A stretch of 64,000 nt of DNA from Acutalibacteraceae bacterium (GTDB taxonomy: Bacteria; Bacteroidota; Bacteroidia; Bacteroidales; Paludibacteraceae): NCBI GenBank assembly GCA_963659365.1, contig CAVKTI010000004.1, positions 9,776-73,775 on the forward strand, given 5' to 3'. Below the pieces are notes generated by a model. The model saw nothing but the letters and a program-made list of their open reading frames with translations, was not told the origin of the DNA and made no database searches. Shown one piece after another: positions 53,901 to 62,900 of this stretch. Both the position numbers and the translations under genes were made by a program. Position 1 is the stretch's first letter. Each line of letters begins with the position of its first letter.

Positions 53901-56900
53901 GTCGGTTACGCCAGCCACTGGAAATTATGTGGTCGACACCATATTATATATAACCGCTGCGCCGAAAACAGGTTACGATTTTGCTGGTTGGCAGTATCAG
54001 CCAAGCGAAACTGGCACGACTATTCAGTACAAAGTGCTTCCGCTCGACCACGACACCACATTCCAAGCCAACTTCGAGCCGAAAGAGTTTACCGTTTCGA
54101 CGGCTGTTGGCGAAGGGCTTGGCACTGTTTCGGCTGGCGGCAAGGTAAAATTTGGCAGTTCCATCACCGTTACTGCTACGCCCGAAACTGGTAAGTCGTT
54201 CAGAGAGTGGCGGCTGGGCAACAAAGTGGTGTCGAGCGAGGCAACATTTACCTACACACTCGACACAGCGAACAATATAACGCTCACGGCCTGCTTTGCC
54301 GATCAAGTTTATCGCATATATGCCTATGCTGCCGATGGCAACGGCACAGTGAGTGGCAGCGGCAACTACGAGTACGATACAAAGATACCGCTCGAAGCCA
54401 AAGCCAACTGGGGCTACGAGTTCGACAAGTGGACCGATGGCGCAACAGATGGTTACTACCGCATATACACGGTTACAGGCGAGGCCAACATCTCTGCCAC
54501 ATTCAAAAAGAAGAAATTCAAAGTAACCGTTCGTTCCGAAAGCACGAGCAAAGGCGAGCCAACGCAAATACTCACTAACGCAGAATACGAGTACCAATCG
54601 ACCATCGCCTTGGGCGTTACGCCAGCGTCGGGTTACGAGTGGAGTCATTGGGCCGACAAGAGCGGCAACAAACTGAATGTAACGGAGAACTTTACGCTCG
54701 ATGTGCGGAGCGATACCATAGTAACCGCCTACTTCAAACCAAAAACATTCCATGTAATCACCACAAGCAACGATGAGAACATGGGTACTGTAACGCCAGC
54801 CACAGGCGATTACGAATTTGGCACACCGCTGACTGCGAAACCCATTGCCAAGTTGGGTTACAAATTCCTCTATTGGAACGACGACCCGACGCTGACCGAA
54901 CAAACATTCACCTACCCAGTGGCGGCGGTGGACAACTACACCATCAAGGCGGTGTTTGGCAAGGAAAGTTACGGCGTGAAACCGCAAAACGATGGGCACG
55001 GCACAACTACGCCATCGGTTTATACCAAGTACGAGTACCAATCGACGGTGAAAATCTATGCCACGCCAGCCGAAGGCTACACCTTCGACCATTGGAACAC
55101 GGAAGAGACTACCGACACCGTATATTATTTTGTAGAGCCGCGCGACAGCACCTACAAAGCCTACTTCCGCCCACTGACTTACACGATAACCACAAAAGTG
55201 GACGACAAAGATCGCGGCGAAGTGACGAAATTCACTGAAAAACAGACTTTCGACACCGATGTTACTATTACCGCCACGCCGAAAGAGGGCTATGTGTTCG
55301 ACCACTGGAACGACGACACATCGCTCGATGAACCTTCGTTCACTTACAATGTGGCGGCAAGAGATACAGTTATTGTGGCGCATTTCCGTCCCGATAAGTT
55401 TACGGTGAAGACAGTTGGTAAAGATGGTCTTGGCACAGTTTCGGGCGCAGGCACTTATGACTTTGGCACAACCATTTCGATGCAAGCCGATGGCATTGCT
55501 GGCTACGAGTTCTCCTATTGGGAAGACCGCGCCACATCGGACAACCCGCGCGAATACAAAGTGTTGGCTCATCGTCCCGACACCACATTCACCGCTGTGT
55601 TTGCTCCGATAAATTACAAAATTTCTGTGGCGGTGATCGACACTTGCAATGGGCGCGGCTCGGTTAGTGGCACTGCTACCAAGGCATTTGGCTCTACAGT
55701 AACGGTTACAGCCACGCCGAAAGATGGCTACCACTTTGTGAAATGGCACGATGGCGATACCGACAATCCGCGTGAGTATAGGATTGAAGATGCGTGCGAC
55801 ACCACACTGCGTGCCATATTCATGCCCGAGGAGTACACCATCTCTGTAGCTACCGAATCGAGCGTAAAAGGCACGGTGAGTGGCGGCGGCAAAGCCCTCT
55901 ATGGTCGCACCACGCCCGAGGTGAAAGTAACCGCCACGCCAGAAGAGGGCTATCTGTTCGACCACTGGAGCGACGGCAGCAAAGATAGAGAACACACCGT
56001 TACGCCATACAAATGGCTGAAAGATACTACCCTGACGGCCTACTTCACAACCGCTTCATATCAGGTTTTCGCGCAGGTGAAAGGCACTGGCGGTAGTGTA
56101 GAGCCACTTGTGCAGCAGTGCAACTATTTAGGTAGTGTGCAGATAACCGCCACATCATCGCGTGGCTACCGTGTGAAGGCGTGGAACGGCACCGAATCGA
56201 CCGCCGAAAGTTATAAGCACACGCTGCTGTTGCCCCAAGACGAGACTGTATGGGTAGAGTTCGAGCCGATAGATGTGTATGTTTATGCCGAGTTCGACAA
56301 AAACATGGGCGCAACAACCGTAACGCTCGAAGGCGAAACCACGGCGCACAACGACTATAAGTTTGGCGACAGAGTTACCATCACCGCCACACCGAAGTCG
56401 GGGTATAAATTCGACTATTGGGCGGACGAATTTGGCACAAAACTTTCGGGCGGTGCAGAAAAATCGTTCAAAATTACCAGCATAGACGACGACACCATAT
56501 TTACCGCTGTATTCTCGGCCGAAACATATCGTGTAAACATCACCTCGAACAACGGCACATACGGCACTATCGAGCCAGAATCGAAAGACTATGCGTTTGG
56601 CGATAAAATCAACATTGTGGCAGAAGCCAAAACTGGTTACGAAATTGTGGGCTGGGAGAAACAGCCAAGCCGTGGCACACAAGACAGATTTACCTACACC
56701 GTGGAGGCTGTCGATGACACCCTATTCCAAGTAAACTTTGCGCCGCGCAAGTTCGAAATAACCACCACTACCGATGGTCTTGGCACAGTAACGGCAGGCG
56801 GCGAAAAAGAGTACAACACCACATTCAAGATAGAACCCACGCCTAACGCTGGTTACAAGTTCAAGTATTGGGAGATAACCGTTGGCGGCAGCATCAGCAC

Positions 56901-59900
56901 CAGCACCGACAATCCGCTCTACTACCAAGTTCCAGCCAACAACGCCACCGTCAAAGCCTACTTCGAGCAGCGCGACTACACGGTAACTGTAACGCCCAAT
57001 AGCACCGACATGGGCAGCGTAACAGGCAGCGGCAAATACACCTACGGCAATACCGCTCTGGTAACCGCCACGGCGAAAGCGGGTTACCAATTCTCGCACT
57101 GGAGCGATGGCGATGGGTCGGGGACAACGCGCAGTTGGACGGTGAAAAACGACACGACCTTCCAAGCCGTGTTTGTAGAAAACGAGTACGAACTCACCAT
57201 TCAGTCGAGCGACAAGAACAAAGGCTCTGTCGATCCAGAACTTCTTAACGATCCGCGCAAATATAAGGAGTCGATTTCGTTCAAGGCTGTACCTGCAACT
57301 GGCTACCAACTGGAGCGTTGGAGCGACGGCAACACCGAGGTCAATCGCTCGCACACGATGGAGGCAAAGAGTGCTTCGTACACCGCCTACTTTGTAGCGA
57401 AACGATACCCTGTAACCATAACGACGAACTACGACTATATGGGTAGCACCACGCCAGCATCGGGCGAATACCCATACGACACCACGCTCACTATCAAAGC
57501 CACGGCCAATCCAGGCTACAAGTTCGTAGGCTGGGAAGATGGCGAAACCAGCAGCCAACGCGACTACAAGGTAACAGATGTGGCCAAAACATTCCGTGCG
57601 CTGTTCGAAAAAGATAGTTACACACTCTACACCGTGGCCAAAGATGGTCTTGGCACAGTAACGCCTGCCACTGGTTTGAAACACGAATATCAGACGCGGG
57701 TGGAGATTACAGCCACGCCAAATGCTGGCTACCACTTTGTGCGTTGGCAAAATGGTGAAACGGCCAATCCTACTTTCTACGATGTGTTGGCGAAAGATTC
57801 GACCTACACCGCCTATTTCGAGCCGAATCTCTACAAGATAAGCACCCAAGTCGCTTGTAGCAGCAGTAGCAGTAGCGATTGTGGCACTGTAACCGCATTC
57901 GACGAGGATCAGCCCTACGGTTCAAAGGTAAAAATTACTGCCACGGCAAAAGAGGGCTATGTGTTCGACCACTGGAACGACGATGCGACGCAGACCAAGA
58001 ACCCCATCGAATACACAGTGCAGATAAAGGACGACACCACCTTTGTGGCGCACTTCCGTCCGCTGCAATACTACATCACCATCGAGGCACGCACAGGCGG
58101 CACGGTAACGCCAGCATCGGGCTACTACGATTACGGCACGCCGCTTACAATCAAGGCATCGCCCAGCGATGGCTATACTTGGAACAAGTGGACCGACGGC
58201 GAAGAGCAGTTCGAACGCCGTTACACCGTTGAGGCGCACTCGATGACCTTCACCGCCTCCTTTACACCGATAAAATACACGGTAGCGGGCGCAGTAGTGG
58301 CTGGTCAAACCGACCGCGGCAGCGTAAATCCAGACTTCCAGCGAGCCGACTTTGGTACAACTGTTACTGTAAACGCCATGCCAGAAACAGGCTATGCGTT
58401 CGATGTTTGGCACGATGGTTGGGACAGAAATCCGTATGTTTACAAGATAGAAACAGCGAAAGACACCGTGCTGCGTGCCAAGTTCAAACCGTTGCAGTAC
58501 AAGGTAACGACAGGCGTCGCTTCGGGCGTGGGCAAGGTAGAAACAACGCCAACCACAACCAACGGCAAATACGATTTCAACTCCACAGTTGTACTCGAAG
58601 CCAAGCCCGAGGCAGGCTACAAATTTGTCGGCTGGAGCAATGGCGAAGGTGAAAATGTGAATCCATACACATACATCGTAGATGCGCGCGACACCACTAT
58701 CAAAGCGAACTTCGAGCCGATAGGCTACACCATAACGGCAGCGGTGAACGACGGTCTTATGGGCGAGGTTACGCCACGCGACACCGTGGTTAAATACAAA
58801 CAGTCGGCCAACTTGGTGGCAAAAGCCAACGACGGCTACCACTTTGTAGAGTGGGACGACACGAAGAGCACCAACCCGAAGCGCACCTACTGGGTGGACA
58901 CGCCGAGCGACATTACACTGCGTGCCATCTTTGCGGCAAACGAATACCAACTCACCGCCAGACCTGAATGGTCCTCGCAAGGCACGGTTACTGGCGGCGG
59001 CACGGTAACATTCAACCAAGATGTAACCGTAGCGGTAACTGCCAACGAGGGTTACACATTCTCGCACTGGAGCGACAACACCAGCCAAACGCCATACACC
59101 TACAAATATACCACCGTTGGCAATTCGGAGATAATCGCCTACTTTACCGCCAATCAGTACAACATCACAACCAAAGTGTTGGGTGGCAAAGGCTCAATTT
59201 CGCCCGATCAGGCGCAAGGCACTTATGGCGAAAGCACCAAATTCACAGCCGTACCTGCGCGTGGTTATCAGGTGAAAGAATGGAGCAATGGTTCCAGCGA
59301 GATAGAAAACAACTTCCGACTCAATATGCCGCGCGACACCATTGTTACTATCGAGTTCGAGCCGATTACCATCAATGTCAATGTGTCGGAGAACTACGAC
59401 TACATGGGCAGCGCATCGGTTAAGGGCGGCAACGAACACAAGTTCGATTCGGCGGTAACCATCATCGCCACGCCAACGACGGGCTACAAGTTGCTGCGCT
59501 GGATGGACAATAACGGTACGCAGGTTGGCACGACTTTAGAAAAGACCTTCACCATCAATAGCGTACGCGACACCACATTCCAAGCCATTTTTGCGCCGAT
59601 TTCGTGCAGCGTTATCACTGGTTCGGGAGGCAATGGCACAGTAACGCCGCCGTCGAAGTCGTATCCCTACGACACCACATTCATGGTGCAAGCCACGCCA
59701 AACGAAGGCTACCAGTTCGACCGCTGGCGCGACCAGCCGTCGGTTACAGACGATTACATCAACTACACCGTCAAAAATCTGGACGGTGACACCACCTTCT
59801 TCGCCTACTTCAAGCCGAAGCAGTACTACATGGCGGCTGTGGCCAATGGCGGTCTTGGCACGATAACGATGACCGATGCCAACGGCATTGTAGGCGACGG

Positions 59901-62900
59901 CATGAAAGACTACAAATCGACCGTATCTCTTTCGGTAGTGCCAACTGCTGGCTACAAAGTAACGGAATGGCGCAACGCAGCAGGTGCAGTGGTGGCTGGT
60001 GCTGTTACCTCGTTCACCTACCAAGTGCCGCTCGATGGAACTACACTGACTGCCTATTTTAGCAAAGAGACCTACCACATTACCGTTACAACAGACAATC
60101 CGTCGGCTGCCGAAAGTTTTACAGGCGAGGGCGACTACGAATATGGTGCGACACCTACCGTTTCGGTTACTGCCAAGCATGGCTGGATATTTAAGCAGTG
60201 GGATTACGATGCCACGAAAACGCAAACACACCAATACACGGTGAAAGGCTCTGCCATTATCAAAGCCATATTCGAGAAAGATAAATTCCGTGTAACAGGA
60301 ACGAGCAACAGTTACACCATGGGCGATGTTTCGCCACGCGACTTGAGTTACGAATATCAATCGACAGCGACACTGACGGCTATTCCTGTGCTTGGCTATC
60401 GGTTTGTAGAGTGGCAAGATGCGAATGGGAATAGCCTTGGCAACAAAAACCCATACGAATACTATGTCGAAGATGCTGCTTCGTTCAAAGCCATATTTGC
60501 AGAGGAGAATTATCTGGTGAATACAGGTGTGAACGATGCCTCACTTGGTTCGGTAACGCCAACGTCTAATTCGTACCCATTCAATAAGATTATAAGTGTC
60601 AAGGCCGAAGCGAGATCGAAAGGCTACGAGTTTAAGTATTGGATGAACCAAGACAGCGTGAAGAATGGCACCGACAACCCGCGCAGTTACACCGTGCGTG
60701 CGGTGAAAGATACCACGTTCATCGCCTACTTTGGCCCAGCCAACTTCAAAGTGGAGGTTGCCTCGGACGACTATAGCATGGGTAGTGCAACCATTTTGCC
60801 AGCCTCGGCCGACAAACGCTATCCCTATTTGAGCAAAGTTACCGTTACGGCTAAACCAAGCGAAGGCTACAAGTTTGTCCGTTGGAGCGACAATAGCACC
60901 GATGCTACACACGACTACTATGTCGATGCGGCCGATGTGGTTCTCACCGCCTACTTCGAGAAAGATAATTTCCAAGTGCGCACCGCTGTGAACGACATCT
61001 ACATGGGCGTTGTCAATCCGTCGGGTACTAATCTCTATTCGTTCCAAGATACGCTGCTGCTTACCCCAACACCTATCGACTCTGGCTACAAGTTTGCGCG
61101 CTGGAGCGACGACAATAGGCAAAATCCGCGTAAGTACATAGTGCAAGCCAAGGCAGACACGCTGTTTACGGCCATTTTCGAAAAGCGTAAATTTAGTGTA
61201 GAAGGTCTATCGGACGACGGTTCTATGGGTTCGGTTACCCTAACGCCCGAAGGCGATGGCAGCGGCGAATACGAATATCTGAGTAGTGTAGTGCTGCGCG
61301 CTGTGCCAGAACCAGGCTACGAGTTCGACGAACGCTGGAAAGGCAGCAACACCAAAAAGGATTTTGTCGAATACATAGTGCAGGCAAAAGACACCTCGTT
61401 CACGGCGTTCTTCCGCCCAAAAGACTACAAAGTAACCATCGCAACCAACGACGACAAGATGGGTTATGTAGAGCCAGGTAACAACTATTACACATTTGGC
61501 ACGAATCAAGATTTTGTAGCGACATGCAACTCTGGCTATCAGTTCTCGCATTGGGAGAATAATCATGGTGTGCGTGTAGGGTCCAATGCCAAACTCACAT
61601 GGAATGTGAAATCGCAAGATACCATACTCATTGCCGTATTCAAACCCGATAAGTACACAGTCAAAACCGTCAGCGCACAGCCCAACTGGGGTTCTACATC
61701 GCCTTCAATTAAGCAGTACGACTATTTGGATTTGGCTACAATCAAAGCCGTGCCAAAGCATGGTTACTACTTTGTAGGTTGGGACGACGGTGGCAATGGC
61801 AGCACCGATACCGTGCGCGAAGTGAGTGTAGAGGCCAACATTACCTACACTGCCAAATTTGCTCGCGAGAGTTACACCGTTACCACAGGCACTAACAACG
61901 GCTTGTGGGGCAGCATGACACCAGCGACGGATTCGTATCTCTACGACAGCATCATTACGCTGGTGGCCAAGCCTGTGCATAGCGGCTATGTGTTCGACCA
62001 TTGGAGCGATGGCGATGGCAGTCGCGAAAACCGCATTTTCAAAGTAACAGACGACACCACCATCACAGCCATATTTGCCAAGAATAAATTCTGGGTGAAT
62101 GTAAGTTCCGAAAACGCCAGCAAAGGCACGATAGAACTGCCCAATCCAGCCAGCGCACAGTACGAATACTACACCCCAGTGAAATTCAAGGCAGTGCCAG
62201 AGTCTGGTTACGAGTTCGACTATTGGAGCGACGATCCTAATCAAAAGAGTGCCGAGCGCACCTACATTGTCGATACTGCCAATGTGAACATTGTGGCGCA
62301 CTTCAAGAAGGCTCAATTCAGAGTGTATGGCAAATCAGACGACAGTTCGATCGGAAAAGTCGTTCCGCAAGTGGGCTACTACGCATTCGATAGCACTATT
62401 CATTTGGTGGCTCAACCTGCCACAGGCTACAAAATTGACCATTGGGAGAACAAACATGGCGTTCGTGTGGCGGCCGCAATCGATAGTTTGGAATATACCG
62501 TTGAAGCCGTAAAGGATACCACATTCTTTGCCTTCTTTGTGAAAGACAAATACATGGTGCGTGTGCGCACAAACGATGCTAATTATGGTACGGTAACGCC
62601 GAAAACTGATCAGCAATACGAGTACCAAAGCACGGTAACGATGAAGGCGATGCCAAACAAAGGTTATCAGTTTGTGCAATGGAAAGATGGGCACAAGGGC
62701 GACAGCATACGCACCTACATAGTAGAGGCCAAGGACGATACCACTTTCACCGCTATATTCGAGCCGATTATCTACACGCTTACCGCTTCGGCCTACGAGG
62801 GCAAAGGCACGCTCTCGCCCTCGAGCGGTTCGGTGGCATACGATTCTGCCGTTTGGGTAACGGCTACGCCTAACGATGGTTATACATTCGACCATTGGCA